Shown: in pieces, positions 1-9,597 of the stretch
Layout: the number at the start of each line of letters is the position of its first letter
How positions within the stretch are numbered: the first letter of the stretch is position 1
Assembly: GCA_963737655.1 (NCBI GenBank)
Contig: CAVTTN010000002.1
Span: forward strand, 3,904,001 to 3,968,000
Direction of reading: 5' to 3'
DNA length: 64,000 nucleotides
DNA from: an uncultured Planctomycetota bacterium
Lineage (GTDB): Bacteria > Planctomycetota > Planctomycetia > Isosphaerales > Isosphaeraceae
Made by a program: the position numbers and the translations under genes
The notes under the pieces: generated by a model
Database searches by the model: none
Seen by the model: only the letters and a program-made list of their open reading frames with translations
Told to the model about the DNA's origin: nothing

Positions 1-26
1 CCGCTGATCCATCGGGGGGCCTGGCG

Positions 27-1347
27 ATGCTCGACGTGTTCGGGGGCCGGTTCGGGACGTGCGACGGAGTCAGCCGTCGGAGCTTCCTGAGGGTCGGCGC
101 TGGGCCTGGCCGGGCTCACCCTGCCCGACGCCCTCAGGGCCCGCGCCCTCGCGGCGAAGCAGGGCGAGGCCGTCAAGGACACCGCCGTGATCCAGGTCTT
201 CCTCTCGGGGGGGCCGACCCATTTGGAGACCTACGACCCCAAACCCGACGCTCCCAAGGAGATCCGCGGCGAGTTCTCGGCCATCCCCACCCGTCTCGCG
301 GGCGTGTTCGTCTCCGAGCACCTGCCCCGCCAGGCCGCGGCGATGGACAAGATGGCCCTGATCCGAAGCCTCCACCACGACTCGGCCGATCACGGCGTCG
401 GCAGCCACTGGACCATGACCGGATTCCCCTCGGCCTCGGCCTTCTCCCGGACCAATGAACGGCCGAGCGTCGGCTCGATCGCCGCGAAGCTCCGCGGGCC
501 GAACGCCCCGGGCGTGCCTCCCTACATCACCCTGCCCAACATGCCCAGCTATGGCGCGGCCTCGTATCTCGGCGCCGGCTACAACCCGTTCACCGTCAAC
601 GGCGACCCCAACGGCACGATCCGCGTCCGTAACCTGGAGCCCGCCAATGGCTTGAACATGGAGAGGCTGGCCGATCGCCGCTACCTCCTGGACAGGCTCG
701 ATCGGATCGAGCGCGAGCGAGACTCCTCCGGCACGATGGACGGTATCGACCACTTCACCGCCCAGGCCTACGAGATGGTCACCGGCCCCGCCGCCCGCCG
801 CGCCTTCGACATGACGAAGGAAGACCCCCGGCTCCGCGACCGCTACGGGCGGACCCGGATCGGCCAGGGCTTGCTCCTCGCCCGCCGTCTGGTCGAGGCC
901 GGCGTCACCTTCGTCACCGTGACCGAAGGCAACTGGGACCACCACTCGGGCATCTTCCAGCAATGCCGCAACCAGCTCCCTCCGCTCGACAACGCCGTGG
1001 CCTCCCTGGTCGAGGACCTTCACGATCGCGGCCTGGCCGACCGCGTCCTCGTCCTGGTCTGGGGCGAGTTCGGCCGCTCCCCTCGGATCAACAACGGCGG
1101 TCGCGACCACTGGCCGGGCGCGATGTCGGCCGCCGTCGTCGGGGGCGGACTCAAGATGGGCCAGGTCATCGGCTCGACCAACCGCAAGGGGGAATCCCCC
1201 AGCGAACGCCCCCTCCGCCCCGAAGACCTGATCCACACCGTCTACCACGTCCTCGGAATCAATCCTCAACACGAGTTCCCGAACGAATCGGGACGCCCGA
1301 TGCCGGTCCTGAACCAGGGTCACGTGATCTCCGAACTCCTCGGCTGA
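27..1347 (+). CDS. DUF1501 family protein (Tat-like RR leader); apparent frameshift near nt 100
   Basis: N-terminus CDGVSRRSFLRVG (ORF 27) continues in the ORF-187 frame with LSGGPTHLETYDPKP, YGRTRIGQGLLLARRLVEAGV, WDHH, WGEFGRSP and GRDHW. Restoring 2 nt in GGCGC joins the frames. Confidence 0.88.
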
Positions 1348-1414
1348 GCCGGCACCCCCTTGCGGGACCGCCTCCTCGGCGGTCCGATGGGGCTTTCCCG
1401 CCGGAGGAGTCGTC

Positions 1415-3523
1415 ATGGCCGTTCGAGACCTCCTGATCGCGGCATGCCTCGGGACGGCGGTCCCCGCCGTCGCCCAGACCCCGGGCCCGGCCCTCCATTC
1501 GGCGTTTCCGGCCGGAGCGAGGGCCGGCGAGACCATCGAGCTGGAAATCGCCGGCGAACGACTCGACCCAGCCGACTCCCTCTGGTTCGACACCCCCGGA
1601 ATCCGCGGATTTCGCCTCAAATCGGGACGATTCCGCGTCGCCGTCGGCCCCTTCGTGCCCGTCGGCGTCCACGAGGTCCGCGTCCTCGGTCGATCGGGCG
1701 TGAGCAACCCCAGGATCTTCCTCGTCGGCGAGCGGACCGAGGTCAACGAAGTCGAACCGAACGACTCATCGGCGACCGCCAACCCGCTGCCGGTCGGCTC
1801 CGTCGCCAACGGCCGCCTGGCCGCCTCGCCGGACGTCGATTCGTTCCGTTTCGAAGCGAAACGCGGCGATCGGATCGTCCTGGAACTCGCGGCCGGTTCG
1901 ATCGACTCGAAACTCGACGCCGGACTCCGCCTCTTCTCCCCGTCAGGCCGCGACCTGGTCGGCCCGAGCCAGGCGACCGGCAACGACCCGTCCGCCGATC
2001 TGGTCCTTCCCGAGGATGGGGCCTACGTGGTCCAGGTCCATGACGTCGTGTACTCCGGCTCGGCCGACCACGTTTACCGGCTGACGATCCGCGACGGCCC
2101 CCATCTTCGGGGCATCTGGCCCGTGACCAGCCCGATCGGGCACGAAGTCCCCTTGATCCTGAGAGACGGGACCTCGGATCGGCCGCAAGGGCCGATTTGG
2201 ATGAGGGATGCGCCGATCTCGGAGCGAGTCGGTTGGCCCTCGGCGCTGGCGGGACGCCTCGGGATGGAATACCGCCTCGGCCCGTCCAACCCGGTCTTCG
2301 TCGCCGGATCGACCGAGCCTGTCGTCGCCGAATCCGAACCCAACGGCTCTCCCGGTGAGGCCCAAACGGTCCAGCCACCCGTGGAAGTCTCGGCCCGGTT
2401 CCATGGCCCCGGAGACCGGGACGTCTATCGGTTTGCCGTCCACAAGGGCGACATTCTGGTCATCGAGGCCGAGGCCGAAGTCCTGGGATCGCCAGCCGAT
2501 CCGTCGTTCGTGGTCCGCAGAGCCGGCGCGACGAAGCCCGTCAACCTCGCCTCGGGCGACGACTCGCCCGACCCGTTCGGCGGCCAGAGGTTCCCGGTCG
2601 GCTCGCTCGACGCCCGCGCCCGGTTCGTGGCGCCGGAGGACGGCGATTATCTCGTCCAGGTCACCGACAAATTCGGCTCGAACCGCACCGATCTGGTTCT
2701 GGGATACCGACTTCGGATTCGGCCCGAGCGGCCCGACTTCACCCTCTTCGTCGTCCCGAACGACGCGAGCACGCCTTCCGGGACCGATCTACCGGCAGGA
2801 GGACGGGTCCTCGCCAGGGCCCTGGTTCATCGACGGGACGGACTCTCGGGCCCGATCCGAATCGAGGCGATCGACCTGCCGCCGGGCGTGTCGTGCGAGC
2901 CCGTGATCGCCGGCCCCGATCGAACCGAGACGCCCCTCGTCCTCTCCGCCGAGCGTTCTGCTCCAACCGGTGTGGGGACGATCCGTTTCCTCGGGACCGC
3001 GCTCTCCGGCGACCGCAAGGAAGTCCTCGACCCCTCGCCCAACCGCAGATATCGCAAGGAGATCCAGCGAGAGGCCATCCCCGGCGTCCTCGTCTGGCCA
3101 ACCCCCAAGACCGCCGGGGACGGCCCTCCGATCGCGAGGGCAAGGGTCTCCTCCGGGTTCGTCCTCGCCGTCGTTCCGGCGGCACCCTTTGCGCTCACCG
3201 CCCATCCGTCACTCACGGTCCTCGGCCCCGGCGATTCCGCGGAGTGGACCGTCGAAATCGAGCGCCGAGACGGGTTCGCGGAACCCGTCCAGGTCGCCGC
3301 GATCGACCTTCCGCCGGGCATTCCCCCGCCCCCGCCCCTCACGATTCCCGGCGACAAGAACTCCGGCACGCTCAAGATGACCGTCCCTAAGGGGCATAAA
3401 CCGGATCTGTCCACGTTCGTCCTCACCGGATCGGCCTCGTTTCATCCGCCCGACGCCAAGCCGGACGTCAAAATCCCGATCGTGGCGCCTTCCAACGGCC
3501 TCCTGCTGAGCATCCATCCGTAG
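1415..3523 (+). CDS. Exported PPC (pre-peptidase C-terminal)/IPT-like domain protein of the planctomycete DUF1501 cluster
   Basis: Signal peptide, FPAGARAGET, and repeated E.EPN...A and D.D.YRF motifs. Confidence 0.8.
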   Translation: MAVRDLLIAACLGTAVPAVAQTPGPALHSAFPAGARAGETIELEIAGERLDPADSLWFDTPGIRGFRLKSGRFRVAVGPFVPVGVHEVRVLGRSGVSNPRIFLVGERTEVNEVEPNDSSATANPLPVGSVANGRLAASPDVDSFRFEAKRGDRIVLELAAGSIDSKLDAGLRLFSPSGRDLVGPSQATGNDPSADLVLPEDGAYVVQVHDVVYSGSADHVYRLTIRDGPHLRGIWPVTSPIGHEVPLILRDGTSDRPQGPIWMRDAPISERVGWPSALAGRLGMEYRLGPSNPVFVAGSTEPVVAESEPNGSPGEAQTVQPPVEVSARFHGPGDRDVYRFAVHKGDILVIEAEAEVLGSPADPSFVVRRAGATKPVNLASGDDSPDPFGGQRFPVGSLDARARFVAPEDGDYLVQVTDKFGSNRTDLVLGYRLRIRPERPDFTLFVVPNDASTPSGTDLPAGGRVLARALVHRRDGLSGPIRIEAIDLPPGVSCEPVIAGPDRTETPLVLSAERSAPTGVGTIRFLGTALSGDRKEVLDPSPNRRYRKEIQREAIPGVLVWPTPKTAGDGPPIARARVSSGFVLAVVPAAPFALTAHPSLTVLGPGDSAEWTVEIERRDGFAEPVQVAAIDLPPGIPPPPPLTIPGDKNSGTLKMTVPKGHKPDLSTFVLTGSASFHPPDAKPDVKIPIVAPSNGLLLSIHP

Positions 3524-3546
3524 TCGCGCGAACCGACGAGACTCCC

Positions 3547-5805
3547 ATGATCACCTCGCTTCCCTTCGCCCTCGCTCTGCTCGCGGCCGGACCCGAGCCG
3601 ATTCCCGTCGCGGTCCCAAACCGTTCCAATCCGGTCAGTTACGGCCGCGAGGTATCGGAAATCCTGGCCGGGAAGTGCGTCGGGTGTCATAATGCCGCGC
3701 TGGCCGAGGGGAAATTGAAGCTGGAGGATGTGGGGGGAATGCTCAAGGGAGGCAAGCATGGTCCCGCGCTTGTCCCGGGGAAGGCCGAGGAAAGCCTCCT
3801 GTTCAGGATGGCATCCCATCGCGTCGAGCCGATCATGCCTCCAAAAGACAAGAAAGAGGCCAAACCTCTATCGTCCCAGGAGTTAGGTCTCATCAAACTC
3901 TGGATCGATGGGGGCGCGAAGGACGATTCGGCCGAGACCGTGGAGATCCCCGTCGAACTCGGGCCACTGCCGCCGGGCGTCCATCCGATCCTCGCTCTGG
4001 ACCTGACGGCCGATGGCCGACGGCTCGCCTCGGGCCGAGGGAACGTCGTGAGGCTCCATGACGCCGATTCCGGGGTCGAGGTCGTCCGCCTCGGCGGCCA
4101 CAAGGATGTGATTCAGTCGCTCCGTTTCAGCCCCGACGGCTCGAAGCTGGCGGCGGGTTCGTTCGGGATCGTGACGGTCTGGTCGGTCCCGAAATTCGCG
4201 GAAATCGCGACCCTGAACGGACATACGGACGAGGTTCGCCTCCTCGCAGCTTCGTCCGACGGCAAGACGCTGGTCTCGAGCGGCCCCGACGGAACGATTC
4301 GGTTCTGGAATCTCGCCGAGGGGAAGGAAGCGAGGAAGATCGCGGCCCCGACCAGGCCCCGCAGCCTGGCGGTCTCGTCCGACGGCTCCCGGATCGCCGT
4401 GGGAGGCGAAGACGGCAAGATCCTCCTCGTGAATTCGGCCGATGGCCAGACGCTTCTGACCCTGGAAGGGCACGCGGGGCCGGTGGTGGGCCTCGCCTTT
4501 TTCGACGGAAACCAAAAACTGGTCTCGGGATCGGAGGACACATCGGCGAGGATCTGGAGCATCGCCCAGGGTGATTCCGGGCCCCCGACAACCTCCGCGA
4601 TCCTGAAAGGGCACGAGGGCCCCGTTCTCGCGGTCGCGGCGTCGGCCGACGGCCGGGCCGTCCTGACCGGAGGCCGCGATGGCACGATTCGGTTCTGGAA
4701 GTCGGACAATGGCGAACTGATCCGCTCCATCGGGAACATGGCCGGGCCGGTCCTCAGCCTGGCCGCGTCCCCAGGATCGAGCTCGGCCGCGTCCGGTTCG
4801 GCCGATGGGACGGCTCGGTTGTTCCGCCTCGACGACGGCGGGGTGATCCGAGAATTCGCCGGGCTGGAATCGGCCGTCGCTTCCGTGGCCTTCTCGCCCG
4901 ACGGTTCACGGCTGGCCACGGCGACCGTCGGGGGAGCGGTGAAGGTCTGGGAGGTCGAAACGGGCCAAGGCGTCGTCGCGTTCAGTCACCGAGGGGCCAA
5001 ACCGAACGATCCGCTCGGAGCGGTCCACCGGGTCGTCTTCCTGGGCGATGGTTCCGTGGCCACGGCATCGGCCGCAAAAACCGTCAAGACCTGGACTTAT
5101 GACGGCTCATGGGGCGAGCCCAGGGTGCTCGGCCCCCACGTCTTCCGCATCCTGGCGCTCGACTTCAGCCCGGATGGATCCCTCCTGGCCGCCGGAGGGG
5201 GCGAGCCGTCACGATCGGGCGAGATCAAGATCTGGGAGGTGGCCGCGGGCAAGCTGGTCAAGTCGGCCCCGGAAGGGCTCCATTCCGATACGGTCTTCGC
5301 CCTGAGATTCAGCCCCGATGGCAAGCTCCTGGCGAGCGGATCGGCCGACCGATTCCTGAAAGTCCTGAATCTGGCGGAGGTTAAGGAGGTCCGCTCGTTC
5401 GAGGGGCACACCGGCCACGTCCTGGCCGTAGACTGGAAGGGAGACGGCAAGGAGCTGGTCAGCGGAGGGGCCGACGACTCGGTGAAAATCTGGGATTTCG
5501 AGACTGGCGACCAGCTTCGGACGCTCGCCGTCGGCCCCAAGAAAGGGGTGACGGCCGTCCGATGGTCGATGGACCCGGGCCTCACGACGGTCGTCGGCGC
5601 CTCGGGGGACGGTGCGGTCCGGTTCTGGAACCCGACCGCCCGGAACGTGACCCGGACGTTCTCGGGTGCGTCCGATTACCTGGACGCCGTGGCGATCTCG
5701 CAAGACCGCCATCGAGTGGCCGCCGGAGGGGCGAACGGAGTGCTCTACCTCTGGAACGGCGAGACCGGCGCCCTCTGGAAGAAGATCGGCGAGCCGGCGA
5801 AGTAA
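3547..5805 (+). CDS. Planctomycete cytochrome c domain plus WD40-repeat protein
   Basis: CVGCH heme motif, MPP and WIDGGA, then about 14 GH...WD-type repeats. Confidence 0.88.
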   Translation: MITSLPFALALLAAGPEPIPVAVPNRSNPVSYGREVSEILAGKCVGCHNAALAEGKLKLEDVGGMLKGGKHGPALVPGKAEESLLFRMASHRVEPIMPPKDKKEAKPLSSQELGLIKLWIDGGAKDDSAETVEIPVELGPLPPGVHPILALDLTADGRRLASGRGNVVRLHDADSGVEVVRLGGHKDVIQSLRFSPDGSKLAAGSFGIVTVWSVPKFAEIATLNGHTDEVRLLAASSDGKTLVSSGPDGTIRFWNLAEGKEARKIAAPTRPRSLAVSSDGSRIAVGGEDGKILLVNSADGQTLLTLEGHAGPVVGLAFFDGNQKLVSGSEDTSARIWSIAQGDSGPPTTSAILKGHEGPVLAVAASADGRAVLTGGRDGTIRFWKSDNGELIRSIGNMAGPVLSLAASPGSSSAASGSADGTARLFRLDDGGVIREFAGLESAVASVAFSPDGSRLATATVGGAVKVWEVETGQGVVAFSHRGAKPNDPLGAVHRVVFLGDGSVATASAAKTVKTWTYDGSWGEPRVLGPHVFRILALDFSPDGSLLAAGGGEPSRSGEIKIWEVAAGKLVKSAPEGLHSDTVFALRFSPDGKLLASGSADRFLKVLNLAEVKEVRSFEGHTGHVLAVDWKGDGKELVSGGADDSVKIWDFETGDQLRTLAVGPKKGVTAVRWSMDPGLTTVVGASGDGAVRFWNPTARNVTRTFSGASDYLDAVAISQDRHRVAAGGANGVLYLWNGETGALWKKIGEPAK

Positions 5806-5862
5806 ACCGGCCGCCGGAATCGACTTCGGGTCAGGGACGACCCGGGACGGCGTCTCGGACGA

Positions 5863-6002
5863 TCAGAGGCCCGCGCCGCCGAGGTGCTTGGTCTTGTGGG
5901 GGTTGCGCCCTGCTTCTTCGGCCGACGGCCCTTGGCGATCGGCGAAGAATCGCACTTCTTCTTCCAGGCGTAGCTCTTGCGATGACGCGTCTTCTTCTTC
6001 AT
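5863..6002 (-). CDS. Putative 46-aa Lys/Arg-rich small protein (needs a +1 nt correction near 5907)
   Basis: ATG at 6002 reads MKKKTRHRKSYAWKKKCDSSPIAKGRRPKKQG; the adjacent frame continues RNPHKTKHLGGAGL* to 5863. A promoter lies upstream. Confidence 0.5.
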
Positions 6003-6048
6003 GGTTCGGCGGGGCCTTCGGGGCGCTCTGCGATCCGGGAAAGCGAGT

Positions 6049-6077
6049 ATTATGCAACGACTCGCCGGGGGAATCAA
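6049..6077 (-). promoter_or_regulatory. sigma70-type promoter for the small basic ORF
   Basis: TTGATT-N17-CATAAT on the minus strand, with TG immediately before the -10 box. Confidence 0.55.
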
Positions 6078-6121
6078 CCCGAGAAATCGGTTTCCGGGCC
6101 TGATTTCGCCGCGCGGGAGGC

Positions 6122-6150
6122 TTGACGTGCGGTCGGGGAATCCGTAAATT
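6122..6150 (+). promoter_or_regulatory. sigma70-type promoter for rpsR
   Basis: TTGACG-N17-TAAATT. Confidence 0.65.
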
Positions 6151-6246
6151 TGGGGTTTCCCCGCCGGTTCGGGAAGTCCGTCTCCGTCCTCCTGGTGGAG
6201 CGTCTCCGGCGTCGCCTTCGCGTCTTTGTCCGAGGACCCCGCGTTC

Positions 6247-6489
6247 ATGCCTCGCAAGAAATTCGGCCGCAACCGCAAGAATCGCTGCCGCTTCTGCACC
6301 CCCGAGGGTTGCCCCCGCCCGGCCTACGTGGATTACAAGGACGTCGGCCTGCTGAAGAAACTCTGCACCAACCAGAGCAAGATGTTCTCCCGGAAGCGCA
6401 GCGGCAATTGCGCGGCGTTCCAGAGGGCCTCCAGCGACGCCGTGAAGCGGGCCCGGTTCCTCGCGCTGCTGCCCTACGTCGGCGAGTGA
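6247..6489 (+). CDS. rpsR: 30S ribosomal protein bS18
   Basis: CRFC...VDYKDVGLLKK...RKRSGNC...QR...AVKRARFLALLPY. Confidence 0.95.
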   Translation: MPRKKFGRNRKNRCRFCTPEGCPRPAYVDYKDVGLLKKLCTNQSKMFSRKRSGNCAAFQRASSDAVKRARFLALLPYVGE

Positions 6490-6556
6490 GGACGCGGTGC
6501 GAAACCGTTTGGACGGGCCGACTTCGGTCGGCCTGACCGGACCGATTCCGCCGATC

Positions 6557-8092
6557 TCAGGGCGTCGTCTGCTTGAGATACTTCAGGAATTGCTCGTCGA
6601 GCGTCTTGAACGGCACGTCCAGCCGGTCTTCGAGCGAATCGGGGCGGACCCGGCCCCGATAGGCGTCGGCCGCGAGGTCCAGGAAGGCCTCCCGGTACCG
6701 GCCACCCTCGCCGTGGAGCAGGAAGAGGGTCCAGGCCATCGCCTCGGCATAGTTGCGATAGACGGCGCCGTCTTTCTCGTCGCCGAAGGCCGCCTTGTCC
6801 ATCGCCGCGAAGTCGGCGATCGGCACGAAACGCCCTTCGGTCAAGATATTCTGGCGAGCCTGCGCGAATCGCGGGCCGATCGGTTCGCCGACGACCAGTC
6901 TGCCGTCCTCCTGGTGGCGGACGGTCTCGAAATACGTGCCCAGCCCTTCCCAGATCCAGTAGTTCGAGCGGGCCTTATCCACCTCGGACTTCCCCGCCGA
7001 CTCGAACAGAAGCTGGTGCGAGGATTCGTGATAGAGCGTGGCCTCGGCCGCGATCGGGTTCTTTTCATCCTTGTAAAAGAAGCTGCATGGATCGACCTTC
7101 CGGCCCTTCAGCTCGCCAAAGGCTCGCGCCTCGCTGGGCGGCATGTAGTAACCGAGGCTGATCGTTTCGTCCCGGCCGAACTTGTCGCGAAAGAAGGCGA
7201 CGTATTCGCTCTTTTCTTTGAAATAGCGGACCTGGAACTTCTTCGTGGTGGCCACGGGCTGCTGGGTCGGATTGCTGAACCGGTGAGCCAGAGGGAGGTT
7301 GCGACCGATCAGGTCGCCGAACTCGGAGAAAAACATCTCCTCGAATGCCTCCAGGCGGCGGCCGAACTCCACGGCCTCGGCCAGCGGCACATCGGCCTGG
7401 ATCTGGAAGTGGGGGGCCGTCTCGATGAACCAGGGCCGCTCGGGAGTCGAGCGGAGGGCGTTAGCCTCGTCCTCCGGGAGCCAGGCCCGGGGGCGGCGGC
7501 GGGAATCCAGCTCGCCGGGCAGTTCGCCGCGATCGAGATGGGCGACCCAATCGGCCGGCACCCATCCGTACTTCGGGTGGAGCACATGCCCTTTCTTTTC
7601 CAGGAGCTCGACGGCGTGGGGCGTCGCCCACCCTCCCTTATAAGGCAGAAAACCGAGCAGTCGACGGGCATCGGCGTGGTCCGGGTCGCGTTCGAGGACC
7701 TTGCGAAGGAGCGAATCGGCCAGGCCGAAGCGAGCGATCGGCGGGGTTCCCGCCTTCCTGGCCAGCGTGAAGAGGCGGGAGGCCGATTCCTTGCGGATTT
7801 TCCGCGCCTCCGCCGGGAGTGTAACCTTGGTCGCTGGAACGACCTCGGGCAGGGGCTGGAACCAGATCGGCCCCCCCTTCGAGGGCGTTTCGATGGTCGC
7901 CCGGACCTCCCTGGCCTGGTCGCGCTGTCCCGAACCGTCGAGCTTCGCCGCCAGGGCTTCCAACGCCTCGGCCTCGCGATCGACGAGCGTCCTCGCGGCG
8001 TCACGAACCGCCTCACGGGCGGCGGCGGGTGCCGAGGGAGGCGGGACCTGGCCGACGAGCCCGAGGGTCACGAGCCAGAGGGACGCAATCAT
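6557..8092 (-). CDS. DUF1570 family exported protein (HExxH zincin-like)
   Basis: Signal peptide, ARRLLG, TLYHESSHQL, WIWEGLGTYFE and YAEAMAW motifs. Confidence 0.75.
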   Translation of the reverse strand: MIASLWLVTLGLVGQVPPPSAPAAAREAVRDAARTLVDREAEALEALAAKLDGSGQRDQAREVRATIETPSKGGPIWFQPLPEVVPATKVTLPAEARKIRKESASRLFTLARKAGTPPIARFGLADSLLRKVLERDPDHADARRLLGFLPYKGGWATPHAVELLEKKGHVLHPKYGWVPADWVAHLDRGELPGELDSRRRPRAWLPEDEANALRSTPERPWFIETAPHFQIQADVPLAEAVEFGRRLEAFEEMFFSEFGDLIGRNLPLAHRFSNPTQQPVATTKKFQVRYFKEKSEYVAFFRDKFGRDETISLGYYMPPSEARAFGELKGRKVDPCSFFYKDEKNPIAAEATLYHESSHQLLFESAGKSEVDKARSNYWIWEGLGTYFETVRHQEDGRLVVGEPIGPRFAQARQNILTEGRFVPIADFAAMDKAAFGDEKDGAVYRNYAEAMAWTLFLLHGEGGRYREAFLDLAADAYRGRVRPDSLEDRLDVPFKTLDEQFLKYLKQTTP

Positions 8093-8220
8093 GGGGGGGC
8101 TCCTCGGTTCGATCGGCGGCGGAGGGAGAGGCCGGCTCTGGTCTGGACGATTCGTCGCGGCCGGGGCAGAATGCGCGGACCGGATGGACCCGGTTTCCGC
8201 AAGTCAAGGAGACCTCACGC

Positions 8221-8745
8221 ATGACCGTTCGTCGCCGATCGCTTTCGCATGGAACGGTGCTCCTGGTCGGCCTGGCGATCGGCTGGGGGCTGGCGACGGG
8301 TCGGCCCGCCCGGCTCCAGGCCGAGGCCAGTGACCGCTGGGGGGACCGGATCCTGATGACCGGGCCGATCGCCATCGAGCAGAATGCCCAGAAGACGCCG
8401 ATCCCCCAGGATGCCCTCTATTACCTCAATTACAACACCGGCATGCTGCTCGCGGCGATCCCTTCGTATCAGCAGACGACCGGAGGCACCCAGATCCTCA
8501 CGGATTTCGCCGAACGCGACCTGATCCGGGATTTCGATCTCAAGCCGGGGGTGAATCCGCACTTCCTGATGACGACCGGGAGCCTGGGGTTCCGCACCGA
8601 GGGTTGGGCCCCGTTGTTCGTGGTGGAGACGGAGACGGGTCAGGTGGCCGTTTACAAGGTGTCGGCCCAGGCGACCGTGGGTTCGAGCAAGCCGAATTTC
8701 CAGCTTTTGGAGAGGAAGCACGAGCCGAGGCTCGGCCGTCGCTGA
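8221..8745 (+). CDS. Hypothetical exported or membrane-anchored protein
   Basis: ATG at 8221 after AAGGAG, N-terminal hydrophobic segment, strong GC3 coding bias. Confidence 0.7.
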   Translation: MTVRRRSLSHGTVLLVGLAIGWGLATGRPARLQAEASDRWGDRILMTGPIAIEQNAQKTPIPQDALYYLNYNTGMLLAAIPSYQQTTGGTQILTDFAERDLIRDFDLKPGVNPHFLMTTGSLGFRTEGWAPLFVVETETGQVAVYKVSAQATVGSSKPNFQLLERKHEPRLGRR

Positions 8746-8756
8746 GTGGCGCCGGC

Positions 8757-9454
8757 TTACTTGCCGCCCGGGTTGGCCGGCGGAGTCGCGGGGGGGGCGC
8801 AGTGGCCTCGACCTCCTTGGGAGGAGCCGTATCGTCCGAATCCGCCGGATGATACGGCCGGGCGTTCTGGTGATCGATCAGCCAGGAACCCTTCACGTCG
8901 AAGACCTTCGCGTGGCCGAACTCGCCCAGGGGGTCTGCGGGGCGTTCTTCGTCGTAGCTGGGGAAGGTATACCCCGTGGTGTGCTGGAAGAAGGCGAGCC
9001 AGGCGCGATCGAAGCCCAGGCCCCACGGGGGTTTGGTGTCGTAGTTGATGACGCCGAACATCTTCCGGTGGACCGGGGCGGTCTCCAGGCAGCAGAGGAG
9101 GATCGCCGTCATGGTCACGGCGCCGGCGAGGCCGAACAGCAGACGGCCGAGGTGGTAGATCGGCGTCGGCAGCCGGACCATCCCCGGGGCGAACATGTCG
9201 GTGCAAACCCGAAGGATGATCAGGGTCACGAGATAGATCCCGACGAGGCTGAGCATGTCGGCCCACCCCGCCATCGCCGAGGCGTTGTCCGAGATCACCT
9301 TCGCCAACGGCTCGTAGAAGTTGAACGCGATGATCCCGGCGAACATCATGTTGAGGAACATCAGGGCCGCGCCCCAGGCCCCCTCGCTCGACAACGCATA
9401 GGTCATCCCCAGGATCAGGACGGTCAGCGTGAGGTCAATCGCCACGGGGGGCAT
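8757..9454 (-). CDS. CvpA (colicin V production)-family membrane protein; apparent frameshift in the G run at about 8790
   Basis: EGAWGA...IAFNFYEPLA pattern and 4 TM segments. Restoring one base gives a C-terminus ...ATPPANPGGK* at 8757. Confidence 0.7.
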
Positions 9455-9485
9455 CGGCGTCCTCGGATTCGAGAGTGGACAGAAA

Positions 9486-9590
9486 GCAGTGGGCAGTGGG
9501 CAGTGGGCAGTGGGCAGTGGGCAGGTGAGCGGGGATAGCGTTGGGTAGGCCGTCGATCCCCTCTTCCCTGCCCACTGCTCACTGCCCACT
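9486..9590. repeat. Heptamer tandem repeat (GCAGTGG)5 with an inverted partner
   Basis: (GCAGTGG)x5 at 9486-9520 and CTGCCCACTGCTCACTGCCCACT at 9568-9590. Confidence 0.9.
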
Positions 9591-9597
9591 CTGGAGA

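Noticed and set aside
70..1983. Long antisense or alternate-frame ORFs (also 6497-8224, 21112-23067, 39101-41131, 45437-48331, 49166-51022)
   Set aside because: They shadow well-supported genes, are Arg/Pro/Gly-rich with no motifs, and are expected at high GC.
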